A stretch of DNA of 64,000 bases. Origin: Bacteroidetes bacterium UBA7662 (lineage in GTDB: Bacteria; Bacteroidota; Bacteroidia; UBA7662). Shown one piece after another: positions 49,709-59,600 of the stretch (positions are counted from its first letter, which is position 1; each line of letters begins with the position of its first letter). A program made the translations under genes and the position numbers. Location of the stretch: positions 10,180 through 74,179 of the forward strand of contig DLHS01000014.1 of NCBI GenBank assembly GCA_002483345.1. The letters run 5' to 3'. The notes below the pieces were generated by a model. That model was not told where the DNA came from and ran no database searches. It saw only the letters and a program-made list of their open reading frames with translations.

Positions 49709-51526
49709 ATGGAAAGAAAAACATTCAATCCACAGGATTGGCTTAATCAGCCAACCCCGCAACCGAAAGTTACAGAGCAACCAACTTTCAATACAGATTC
49801 CCAATCAGACGAAGTAGAGCGCATCATCCAAAGCATTGAAGCCAACCGAACAGATATTACCTCCAAGTATAGCGATTGGGTAAATATCGGATTTGCTTTC
49901 TCAGATGAGTTTGGAGAAAATGGACGTACCTTATTTCATAGGGTCAGCCAGTTTTATCCAGGCTATTCCGCCCCGGAGTGCGACAAGCAATTTGACAATT
50001 GCTTGAAATCAAAAGGTCATGGCGTTTCACTAAAGACCTTTTTCTACCTCGCCAAAGATGCAGGAATTGACATTGCCCCTCCACGGACAGAAAAACAGGA
50101 TCAGCGAACCTTCAAAAGTGAAAAGCTGAATGGTAGTCAATCTGAATACCACCAGCCCGAAAATCAGGAACCGGAAGAAATGCCAACCTTTCCAGATTCC
50201 TTGTTTCCTGAACTTCCTGAATTTCTGCAAAAGGTTGTGGCGGTTGCCACTTCCAATGAGGAAAGGGATATTCTACTCCTCGGTTCCCTCGGAGCTATCA
50301 GCGCATGTCTGCCCAAAGTATCGGGCATCTATGATGGTAAGCGAGTATTCCCCAATCTATTCCTATTCATTACAGCCCAGGCATCCGCAGGGAAAGGCCG
50401 ATTGGTGCATTGCCGCCAGTTGGTCAACCCTATTCACAAAGAGTTGAGGGAACAAGCCAAGCTACACAAACAACACTATGAATTGGAAATGGCAGAATAC
50501 AACTCCAAGAAGGGAAAGGAAGATGGTATCGAGAAACCAGCCAAACCACCTGAAAAGATGCTGTTCATTCCAGCCAACAACAGTTCAACGGGTGCTTATC
50601 AACTTTTGGGTGATAGTGATGGCAGAGGACTGATATTCGAGACCGAAGGTGATACCTTAGCCCATGCCTTCAAGAGCGATTACGGAAATTACAGTGATGG
50701 CTTTAGAAAAGCCTTTCACCATGAAACCATTTCCTACTATCGCAGAACCGACCGTGAGTTTGTGGACATAGAAAGCCCTTGCCTTTCTACTGTCCTTTCA
50801 GGAACGCCAAAACAAGTTTCGGCATTGATACCCAACGCTGAAAACGGCTTATTCAGCCGTTTCATCTTCTATTTCATGAACGTTCGCCCGGTATGGAAAA
50901 ATGTCTTTGCCAGTCAAACGGATAACGGACTGGACGATTACTTTGAAGCCCTGGGCAATGAGTTCTATGAACTCTACAAAGTCATCATGCAGGATGAACC
51001 TCGCCAGTTTCACCTTACAGCAGACCAGCAGGAACAATTCAACCAGTTTTTCGGACAGATACAGGAAAAGTACATGAACCTTCAAGGTTTGGATTACATG
51101 GCCACTATCAGAAGATTGGGTTTGATTGCTTACCGAATCTCTATGATATTTTCCGCTTTGCGGATCATGGAAACAGGCGACACTTCCAAAAAGCTGATTT
51201 GTGAGGAAAGGGATTTTCAAGCTTCGCTTTCAATGGTCAAAGTATTGGTCAAACATTCAAGCAAAGTGTTTGGAGAACTTCCACAAGAAGACCCCAAGCC
51301 ATCTCGAATGAATAAGAAGGAGAAGTTTCTGTATGCCTTGCCACATACATTCAATCGACAGAAGTACCTCGAAGTAGCAAAGGCCATGAGCATTCCGGCA
51401 AAGACAGCCGAAGGCTACATTGCCAACTTTGTGAAATCAGGGCTCATTCATCGTGAGGCACATGACCAGTACATCAACACCTCACTTGAGGAATCTCAGG
51501 ATTCTAAGGAAACTAAGGACGAATAA
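49709..51526 (+). CDS. PriCT-like N-terminus plus DUF3987-like protein (replication/mobilisation helicase-like)
   Basis: 605 aa. DWVNIGFAFSDEFGENGRTLFHRVSQ is PriCT-like. Its size and position after the VirE_N-like gene are typical for DUF3987 proteins. Confidence 0.55.
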   Translation: MERKTFNPQDWLNQPTPQPKVTEQPTFNTDSQSDEVERIIQSIEANRTDITSKYSDWVNIGFAFSDEFGENGRTLFHRVSQFYPGYSAPECDKQFDNCLKSKGHGVSLKTFFYLAKDAGIDIAPPRTEKQDQRTFKSEKLNGSQSEYHQPENQEPEEMPTFPDSLFPELPEFLQKVVAVATSNEERDILLLGSLGAISACLPKVSGIYDGKRVFPNLFLFITAQASAGKGRLVHCRQLVNPIHKELREQAKLHKQHYELEMAEYNSKKGKEDGIEKPAKPPEKMLFIPANNSSTGAYQLLGDSDGRGLIFETEGDTLAHAFKSDYGNYSDGFRKAFHHETISYYRRTDREFVDIESPCLSTVLSGTPKQVSALIPNAENGLFSRFIFYFMNVRPVWKNVFASQTDNGLDDYFEALGNEFYELYKVIMQDEPRQFHLTADQQEQFNQFFGQIQEKYMNLQGLDYMATIRRLGLIAYRISMIFSALRIMETGDTSKKLICEERDFQASLSMVKVLVKHSSKVFGELPQEDPKPSRMNKKEKFLYALPHTFNRQKYLEVAKAMSIPAKTAEGYIANFVKSGLIHREAHDQYINTSLEESQDSKETKDE

Positions 51527-51615
51527 TCCTTAGTTTCCTCTATTTCCTCAAAATCCTGAAATCAAAAAAAGCACTCTTTCTTCTCTTACTATCTTTTTCT
51601 TTTCCTATATTGTCC

Positions 51616-51633
51616 TAAATTTGACAAGTCAAA
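51616..51633 (+). promoter_or_regulatory. -7 promoter box TAAATTTG overlapping the palindrome TTTGAC-AA-GTCAAA, upstream of the XRE gene
   Basis: The TAnnTTTG match lies at 51616-51623. The 14-bp dyad lies at 51620-51633, 13 nt before the ATG at 51646. Confidence 0.4.
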
Positions 51634-51645
51634 CATAGAAAAGTC

Positions 51646-51936
51646 ATGCACTTTGGTGAAAGGATAAAAGAGCTACGAGAAAGCCAGGGGCTTTTACAGC
51701 GTCAATTGGCCGCCAATCTTGAAATAGACACTCCAATGTTTAGCAAAATTGAGCGTGGTGAACGGAAGGCAAAGAGGGAGCAGGTAGAACAATTGGCTGA
51801 GCTACTTCATGCTGATAAGCCAGCTCTATTTTCAATCTGGTTGGCTGACCAAATATTGGATTTGATAAAAAACGAACCTCAGGCAAATGAGGCAATAGAA
51901 ATAGTAAAAAAAGAACTTAAAACGTATGAGCATTAA
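51646..51936 (+). CDS. XRE-family helix-turn-helix transcriptional regulator
   Basis: FGERIKELRESQGLLQRQLAANLEIDTPMFSKIERGERK. There is an 11-nt overlap with the hsdM start. Confidence 0.8.
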   Translation: MHFGERIKELRESQGLLQRQLAANLEIDTPMFSKIERGERKAKREQVEQLAELLHADKPALFSIWLADQILDLIKNEPQANEAIEIVKKELKTYEH

Positions 51937-53995
51937 TATCCTAAAGTACGAATCAGATGTTTGGCGCACAGCCGATTTATTGATTGGTGCAGGAATCAAG
52001 CAGAGTGATTTCCCAAAATACATGATGCCCTATTTCGCCCTTCTTATGGTGGAAAGTAGGTTAATCAGGGAATCCCAAAGGTTGGAAGAAGAAATCGGAA
52101 AAGGCAACATTGATGATTTTGTAGAAATGTTCCAGTTGGAAGGATTAGGATATAATGACTACCTCATCCGCAAAGGAAAATCCCTCAAAGACATTTGCAA
52201 GAATGACAAAGCCTTTGATATAGACTTTCATGCTTACCTGAAATCTTTTGACCCTGAAACCAAGTATTTATTGGGAGTTGACAAAGGCACTGAAGAAGAG
52301 AAGTTTCTGGACATTTCAGGTATCAGTGGTCAACTCAAAAAGAAGCGCATTCTGTTTGAAACGGTAAAGGCTTGGAGTGAAATTGACCTAACCCCTTTCA
52401 ATAATTCTGAAATCACCACACTTGAAGAACACATCAAACGAAAGTGGGCAGATATTTCAGCGGAAACCGCAGGGGAACAGTACACCCCGGACGACATCAT
52501 TTCACTTATTTCAGAACTCATTACCTCCAAGATTGAGGACAATGGTAAGTTCCTAACCCTGTATGACCCCACCTGCGGAGGTGGTAACTTACTCTTTGGT
52601 GTAGAAGATAAAATCAAGGAGAAATTCAAACGCCCTACAAAAACATTCGGTGAAGACTGGAGCGATAGCCTATACGCCTTGGCAAAAATTGAAAGCCGTT
52701 TCAGGGCTGATTCCGAAATCAAATACGGCAATACCCTCACCAATATTTCTTTCATAGAGAAACGCTTTGATATAGTGGTAGCAAACCCGCCTTACGGTGT
52801 GGACTGGAAAGGCTACCAAAAAGACATTCAAAACGATACTACTGAAAGGTTTGTCGCATTGCCTTCTATTTCAGACGGGCAGTTCCTGTTCACGCAGCAC
52901 ATCCTTTATCACTTAACCAATGACGGCCTCTCAGTAGTTGTTCATAATGGCTCCACACTTTTTAGTGGTGATGCCGGAAGTGGTGAAAGTACCATCCGCA
53001 AACACTTCTTTGATAATGATTGGGTAGAGGCCATAATCCAAATGCCTACAGATGAATTTTTCAACACAGGCATTTACACTTACCTATGGGTATTCAATAA
53101 GAATAAACCAGCCGACCGTAAAGACAAAGTAATCCTCATCAATGCCAGTGAGCTTTTCGAACCTTTGAAAAAAAGTAAGGGCAAGAAGCGTAAGCAGATG
53201 AACCCCGACAACCGAGCAGCCATAGTAAAAGCATTCACAGAGTTTCAAGACAACGAGTTTTGTAAAGTGTTCGACAAGTGGCATTTCTACTACAACCGCC
53301 AGAGCATCATGCTCACCAATGTGGATGTAAACGGTAAGTTCCTTGAAATGCCCATGAAAGAAAACCGAGCAGGTGAAACGGTTGAAGAAAAATCCATCAA
53401 GCTCGATCCGGTGAAGATTATCGTAAAGGATGATTCAGGCACAAGCACCATCGACAATTTTGAAATCACGGATTTTGATAAGACCAAATACACCTCATTA
53501 GAGGCAAGATTCAATGAGGAAGTAAAACTCAACATTGCAGCACTAGACTACAAAGAGCAGCAATTGAAAGTAGTGACCAAGAAAGCAACCTACTGGTATG
53601 ATGAAGTCAAAGAAACCATCATAGAAGAAGTAGGCGGCAAACAAACCGAATTGGGTTGTGGCAAAATCGTCATCAAAGCAGCCTACAAGAAAGCTACCAA
53701 ATCTAAAAAGGCTTACATAGCCATTACGGTAGAGCTGACCAAAGACCTGCAAAAGGATTATGAAATTATCCCCTACTCACCGGATGAAACTAAAAACCAT
53801 CAATGGATTTCAGATTTCATGGCCAAGTATGTAACCAGGCCATTTGAGTATCTAGAAAATGTGATTGGGGTGGAAGTAAACTTCAATAAGGTATTCTACA
53901 CCCCCTTAAAGCTAAGAGAAGTTACCACCATTAACACTGATTTGGAGGTTCTTGAAAATGAGTTATCAACCCTTGAAAACGAATTGAGTTTCTAA
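51926..53995 (+). CDS. hsdM: Type I restriction-modification system methyltransferase subunit M (N6-adenine), long form
   Basis: HsdM_N-like N-terminus (VWRTADLLIGAGIKQSDFPKYMMPYFAL). SAM motif YDPTCGGGNLL and catalytic NPPY at nt 52784-52795. The C-terminal extension is about 220 aa. Confidence 0.9.
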   Translation: MSINILKYESDVWRTADLLIGAGIKQSDFPKYMMPYFALLMVESRLIRESQRLEEEIGKGNIDDFVEMFQLEGLGYNDYLIRKGKSLKDICKNDKAFDIDFHAYLKSFDPETKYLLGVDKGTEEEKFLDISGISGQLKKKRILFETVKAWSEIDLTPFNNSEITTLEEHIKRKWADISAETAGEQYTPDDIISLISELITSKIEDNGKFLTLYDPTCGGGNLLFGVEDKIKEKFKRPTKTFGEDWSDSLYALAKIESRFRADSEIKYGNTLTNISFIEKRFDIVVANPPYGVDWKGYQKDIQNDTTERFVALPSISDGQFLFTQHILYHLTNDGLSVVVHNGSTLFSGDAGSGESTIRKHFFDNDWVEAIIQMPTDEFFNTGIYTYLWVFNKNKPADRKDKVILINASELFEPLKKSKGKKRKQMNPDNRAAIVKAFTEFQDNEFCKVFDKWHFYYNRQSIMLTNVDVNGKFLEMPMKENRAGETVEEKSIKLDPVKIIVKDDSGTSTIDNFEITDFDKTKYTSLEARFNEEVKLNIAALDYKEQQLKVVTKKATYWYDEVKETIIEEVGGKQTELGCGKIVIKAAYKKATKSKKAYIAITVELTKDLQKDYEIIPYSPDETKNHQWISDFMAKYVTRPFEYLENVIGVEVNFNKVFYTPLKLREVTTINTDLEVLENELSTLENELSF

Positions 53996-55357
53996 ATGCT
54001 AAACAAATACGGAACATACAAAGATGTAGGAGTGGATTTTTTGAATCCAATTCCTTCTCATTGGCAAATTAAAAGGGTGAAGGATATTTCTACGGTTATT
54101 TCAAAAGGAACTACACCAACAACTGAAGGTGCTGGATTTACAGACGTAGGAGTAAGATTTCTTAAGGCTGAAAACATTAATGAAAATGGAAACATTAATG
54201 AAACCCCTTTAATATTTATCAGTGAAGAAACAGACAGGCTTTTGTCCAGGTCCCGCTTGAAGGAAAATGATTTACTTATAGTTATAGCAGGTGCTACCAC
54301 AGGAAAAATTGCAATACTTCCTAAGGAAATTCTACCATCTAATACTAATCAGGCGGTTTGCTTCATAAGATTACATAAGTATGAACAGGGAAGCTACTTA
54401 AAATATAAGAAGTACGCCTTAAATAGTCCTTATTTTCAAAGTCTTGTTTGGTTGTATGCTGTTACCTCAGCTCAACCTAATCTTCCAATGGCTGTATTGA
54501 GTAGACTGAACTTGCATTATCCTCCACTTTCAGAACAAACCGCAATAGCTGAATACCTCGACACTAAAACTCAAGCCATTGATAAGAAAGTAAGCCTACT
54601 GGAAAAGAAAATAGGTTACTATCAGGAGTTGCGCAAAGGCCTTATCAATGAAACAGTTACTAAAGGACTTGATAAAAATGTAGAGCTAAAAACCAACGAG
54701 CTTGGTTTTGATACTCCCAAAAATTGGCTCAGATACCGTCTAAAAGATTTAGGCTCATTGTATAGCGGTCTATCCGGTAAGAGTGGAGATGATTTCAACC
54801 AAGACGATAACATGGATAACAAAGGCTTTATTCCATTCACCAACATTGCCAACAATACCTATTTGAAAAGGGATCATTTGGGTACGGTAGTAGTCAATGA
54901 AGGTGAGAAACAGAATCGGGTAAGAAAGGGAGATATTTTCTTCCTGATGAGTTCAGAGGGATATGAAGATATTGGAAAGTCAGCAGTTTTAGCCGAAGAG
55001 ATTGAGGAAACCTACCTCAACAGTTTTTGCAAAGGTTATCGAGTAAACCCTCGCAAAACCAACCCCTACTTTCTGAACTACCTGATGCTTTCAGACTATT
55101 ACAGGCAGTTGCTTATTGTGGAGGGCAAAGGTTTCACCCGCATTAACCTCAAAATGGAAAAGGTAAATGACTTTTTGGTGTACATCCCCGATACGCTTTC
55201 GGCTCAGGATGAAATCGTAAAATTCTTGGATGCCAAACTGGACACAATCGCCAAAATCATTTCAAACATTCAAACCCAGATAACCACCCTCAAAGAGCTT
55301 CGCAAAACGCTCATCAATGATGTGGTTACGGGCAAAATCAAGGTAAGCCATGAGTAA
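53996..55357 (+). CDS. hsdS: Type I restriction-modification specificity subunit S
   Basis: Two target-recognition halves are separated by conserved coiled-coil spacers (PPLSEQTAIAEYLD...; ...LKELRKTLINDVVTGKIKV). It starts 1 nt after the hsdM stop. Confidence 0.85.
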   Translation: MLNKYGTYKDVGVDFLNPIPSHWQIKRVKDISTVISKGTTPTTEGAGFTDVGVRFLKAENINENGNINETPLIFISEETDRLLSRSRLKENDLLIVIAGATTGKIAILPKEILPSNTNQAVCFIRLHKYEQGSYLKYKKYALNSPYFQSLVWLYAVTSAQPNLPMAVLSRLNLHYPPLSEQTAIAEYLDTKTQAIDKKVSLLEKKIGYYQELRKGLINETVTKGLDKNVELKTNELGFDTPKNWLRYRLKDLGSLYSGLSGKSGDDFNQDDNMDNKGFIPFTNIANNTYLKRDHLGTVVVNEGEKQNRVRKGDIFFLMSSEGYEDIGKSAVLAEEIEETYLNSFCKGYRVNPRKTNPYFLNYLMLSDYYRQLLIVEGKGFTRINLKMEKVNDFLVYIPDTLSAQDEIVKFLDAKLDTIAKIISNIQTQITTLKELRKTLINDVVTGKIKVSHE

Positions 55358-56018
55358 AACGTTCAACATATATTGTGACGAGAGTTGCCATATCGAGCAT
55401 GACCACAAACCGTACATGTTCTTAGGTTCAATAAGTGTGGCTTACAATCAGATTAAGCTGCATACCGAGAAAATCAAGGAGATAAAGGAAAAGCACCATT
55501 TCTATGGTGAGATCAAGTGGACTAACGTTTCCAAGTCCAAGTTTCATTTCTACATGGAACTGGTAGAGTATTTTTTTGCCACCGACCTAAAGTTTAGAAC
55601 CGTAGGTGTGGACAAAAGCAAAATCAACAATGAAGCCTTCGGGTGCTCCTATGATGATTTCTACTACAAGATGTATTACTACCTCTTGAACCACAACCTG
55701 AACAGCCTTTACAACTACAATGTGTATCTGGACATAAAAGATACCCTGAGTGCCTACAAAGTCAATAAGCTGAAAGACATTCTGAACACCAAATTTGGCG
55801 TATTCAGGAATGTGCAAAATATCCGTTCGCATGAGAGTTTGTTGATGCAACTGACAGATTTTATGATGGGAGCTATCAGTTACCAGCATAATAATGAAGC
55901 GAAGGAGAATCAGGCCAAAGCCCATATTATCAGGAAAATACAGCAACACTCAGGCGACAGCCTGATGAAGACCAATTATTCCGAGAAGTTGAACCTATTC
56001 TTTATCGAATTACAGTAA
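55350..56018 (+). CDS. DUF3800-family protein embedded in the R-M operon
   Basis: The N-terminal FNIYCDESCHIEHDH motif and about 220-aa size are typical of DUF3800. There is an 8-nt overlap with the hsdS stop. Confidence 0.65.
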   Translation: MSKTFNIYCDESCHIEHDHKPYMFLGSISVAYNQIKLHTEKIKEIKEKHHFYGEIKWTNVSKSKFHFYMELVEYFFATDLKFRTVGVDKSKINNEAFGCSYDDFYYKMYYYLLNHNLNSLYNYNVYLDIKDTLSAYKVNKLKDILNTKFGVFRNVQNIRSHESLLMQLTDFMMGAISYQHNNEAKENQAKAHIIRKIQQHSGDSLMKTNYSEKLNLFFIELQ

Positions 56019-56021
56019 GCC

Positions 56022-56528
56022 ATGCCATTCAATCTGTTAAAGACATACAATCAATTATTGGAACTGGCAGGGTTCAACGAATACCAAAGAAGGCAGTCGC
56101 TCATGGGCATTTTCGACCGTGACTTTACTAACAATCCCAACCTGCGATTTCGTAACATCCAAATTACGCCTACTCCTCAGGATGGGGCAATTGAAATGGC
56201 CACCTTGTTCACCCACCTCACTACCGTGATAGTGGACAAGGCAACACGGGCAAGGGAATTTGACATCCACAGAAGCCTGCGGCTTCATTGGGTACGTTTT
56301 CATATAGATTGCCGCAAACAGGAAGATATGCTCCATTTTTCGGTAAAGGAACCGGAAGGGATCAGGACTTACATCTATGACATACCGGAAAAATACGTGG
56401 TGGTTTTAGAGCCAAAACCAGCCCAGAACGTCTATTTCCTCCTTACTGCCTATCATTTGCAGGGGAAGGATTCACAAAGGGATAAAATTTTGAAAAAATA
56501 TAAGAGGAGGCTGAATGAGATACACTAA
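56022..56528 (+). CDS. hypothetical protein (168 aa) coupled to the DUF3800 gene
   Basis: The ORF starts 3 nt after the DUF3800 stop. No family recognised. Confidence 0.45.
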   Translation: MPFNLLKTYNQLLELAGFNEYQRRQSLMGIFDRDFTNNPNLRFRNIQITPTPQDGAIEMATLFTHLTTVIVDKATRAREFDIHRSLRLHWVRFHIDCRKQEDMLHFSVKEPEGIRTYIYDIPEKYVVVLEPKPAQNVYFLLTAYHLQGKDSQRDKILKKYKRRLNEIH

Positions 56529-56536
56529 AAAAGCAA

Positions 56537-56565
56537 AAAACGCAGAGCTTCTTGGCTTGCGTTTT
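56537..56565 (+). terminator. possible terminator hairpin between the hsdMS-DUF3800 unit and hsdR
   Basis: AAAACGCA...TGCGTTTT is an 8-bp stem, with an inner 3-bp extension. The T-run is part of the 3' arm. Confidence 0.4.
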
Positions 56566-56678
56566 CCGATTTCCTTCTTTCGAATGAAAGATGAACTCGC
56601 TGCAAATGTATGCAATGAAAACGGATTTTCCAAGCCTAAGGTTCATTTTCATGCACCCTCCCACACAACGCAAGTAGT

Positions 56679-59600
56679 ATGAAAGAGTTAGACTTACAAG
56701 ATAAATACCTCATTAACTTCCTTTGCGAGCGGCCTGATGGCCTTCGCTACAAGGAAGCTAAGGCAAACACCGTTTCGCCTCAATTCTTCATTGTCGAGGA
56801 CTTAAAACACTTCATTTCGGAAACCGAACTGAATAAAAGCAACTACAAAAAGTTGCTCAAGAAATTCCCAAGCGAAAAAGACCTATTGAATGCTTTTACC
56901 CTGTTTCTGGACGAGAAAATAAAATCGTCTATGAACATGGCTATTTTCATTAACACCAACAAATCGGTCACTTTTGAAGGCGTAAAGCTTCACCTGTTCT
57001 ATCCAAGCGGAAGTGAGTTTGAGGAAGATAAGCTGTTTGACCAAAATATCTTTTCAGTTGTTCAGGAGCTTCCGTATTCGTTCAAGTATGAAGGCAAGCA
57101 ATATTTCTCTTTCCGGCCAGACCTTTCATTTTTCCTCAATGGAATATTTTTAGGCTACAGCGAACTTAAAAGCAACTGGAACAATCAAACCTCAATCAAG
57201 AATGGCAGGAATAAGGTTGTTAAAGATTACCTCAATGCCTCCCAGGAGTATTTGACAATTGCGGACAAAAATGACTTTTCACAATCCATCCGAAAAGACT
57301 TTCTCAAAATCTTTGAAAAAGCCATTCACATCACCTCAACTGATATTGCCGAAACCTATGTCATTCGCAGTATCTCTAACCACTTTGATGAAATCAAAGC
57401 CACGGTACTGAATGGCAGTTACGATTTTGACCAGTACGAAAAGAAAGTCTTGAAGGACTTCAAGCCTTATCCTCTCCGCAATAAAGAAGCATCAAAGACT
57501 GAAAGGTTTGAAGAAGTATTCAAAGCCCTGTACGATAAGAAAATGATAGAGAAAGAAATCCTCTATTACAACTTCATTGAACGTGAGCTTATCAAAAAGG
57601 AAGGCAGCAAAACAAAAGAGTACAAGCATAATGATGGTAGGCTGATAAGTCCAAGACCTAAGCAGAAATTCGGTACAGATAAGATACTCTCAAAAATCAA
57701 TGAGTTTTTGGAGCATGAAGATGAACCGGAATACTTCCTAAAAAAACTTGAAGCGGAGCTTAGAGCCAAGGGTATAGGCGAAGGACAGATAAAAGAACTG
57801 GTTGCTAAACGCCAGAAATACCAAAACAACAAGACCGTTTATTCTCTCCTGATGCAGTATGCGGCAGGGTTCGGGAAAAGTAACATCATTGGCTGGACAG
57901 CCTTGCAACTGAAAGACCTTCGCAAAGAGGGTGAGTATGTCTATGACAAAGTAATGTTGGTAGTGGACAGACTACAGCTTCGGGACCAATTGGATTCCAA
58001 ACTGCACAACATGAATATTCAAAAGGGAATGTTCATAGAAGCCACTGACAAGAAAAGTTTCATCACTGCACTCAGTAGCGACAAACGAATAGTTGTTGTC
58101 AACCTGCAAAAATTCACTTCGGTAGATAATATTCTGGATGCCACGGTAGTCAAGAAGCTTTCCAAAATGAGGATAGCATTTCTAATTGACGAGATCCACA
58201 GAAGCAATAGTGGAGTTCAGCATGAAGAAATGATTAGTGTTTTTGATGAACTACAAAGCAGTTTTGATCAAAGCAAAGAGTACCAGGAGCAACAGAGTAA
58301 AAAGAATCTGATAGTCGGTTTTACAGCAACACCAAGCGACCATACTTTAGCCCGTTTTGGTGAGTTCAACAAGTATGCTGAATCTGAGAAAATCTGGATT
58401 CCTTTCGATAGCTATACCATGCGAGAAGCTATTGAAGACGGGTACATCCTGAATCCCATTAGAGGGATTGTTCCGGTTTCAGCCAAAATGTATTTCGAAA
58501 TACCCGACAATGACCTGGAAGGCTTTGAAGGAGATAAAGGCTACGGCTTTGAAGAAATACCAGATGATACAGATACTGGCATTGATGAGTATGGAAAGAA
58601 ATATGCCATTCGCAAAAGGAAAATCTACCTCAATACACAAAGAATTGATGCCATATCCAAATTCATAGTAGAACGTTTGGTTAGCTCAGTATATCACAAC
58701 ATCAGAGGTACAGCAAAGGCAATGTTGGCGGTTTCATCCATCCCGGCAGCTATCAAGTATAAAGGCTTTATTGACAAGTATTATGCAGAGATTGTAAAAG
58801 AGAAGAAGTATGAACGCTTCGAAGAAGCTCCAATCTACATTGTGTATTCAGACAGTCAGGATCACAGAAGCGCAAGCGGGTTGAATGGTGGTTTAAGTGA
58901 AGAAAAAGTCCTTCAAAACTTCGCTATCAAAAAGAATGGGTTGATTATCGTTGTGGATAAGCTCCAGACTGGATTTGATGAACCCAAGCTTCATACGTTG
59001 TTCTTGGACAAGGAAATCAGGGGTATCAATGCAATTCAAACCATATCAAGGGTAAACAGAACCACCAAGTACAAGAATGACTGTAAGATTATTGACTTCT
59101 CTTACAAGAACGTCAATGTAAAAAACATCAAGGTAGCTTTTGAGCATTTCAGTAACGTAGTGGTTTCAGATTTTGACCCATTGGGTGATGAAGGAAAGTT
59201 GGCAGACCTGTACAAGGAATTGAATACGCATTCCATTTTCAAGACGCACTTTCCAAAGTTCAAGGCTTACCATACATCAACCCCGGACATTTCAATAATT
59301 GTTGGAATTGAGGATGCTTTGGATGAATATATCCGCAATAAGAAAGAGGAAGCTAAGAAAATCAAGGAAAAGGTATTGGGCTATTTCAAAATCCTGAACC
59401 TTATTGAGTTTGTCATAGACTTAGACCCAAAGTATAGCCAAAAGCTCTTATTGGACTTTTGGCGCAAATACAACATGCTCTATAATCAAATCAACAAGCA
59501 GGATGAGGTTATTGATGATGTGGAAATTTACTTTGATAACCGTATCGGTATCGTGGCTCCAAAAGAACCGAAAGAGAATGGAAGCAAGCCTAAGAATCCA

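Noticed and set aside
55350-56528. DUF3800 gene and the 168-aa ORF as a classical type II toxin-antitoxin pair
   Set aside because: Their sizes (222 and 168 aa) are larger than typical TA modules, and no recognisable toxin or antitoxin motifs are present. They are kept only as unexplained operon members.
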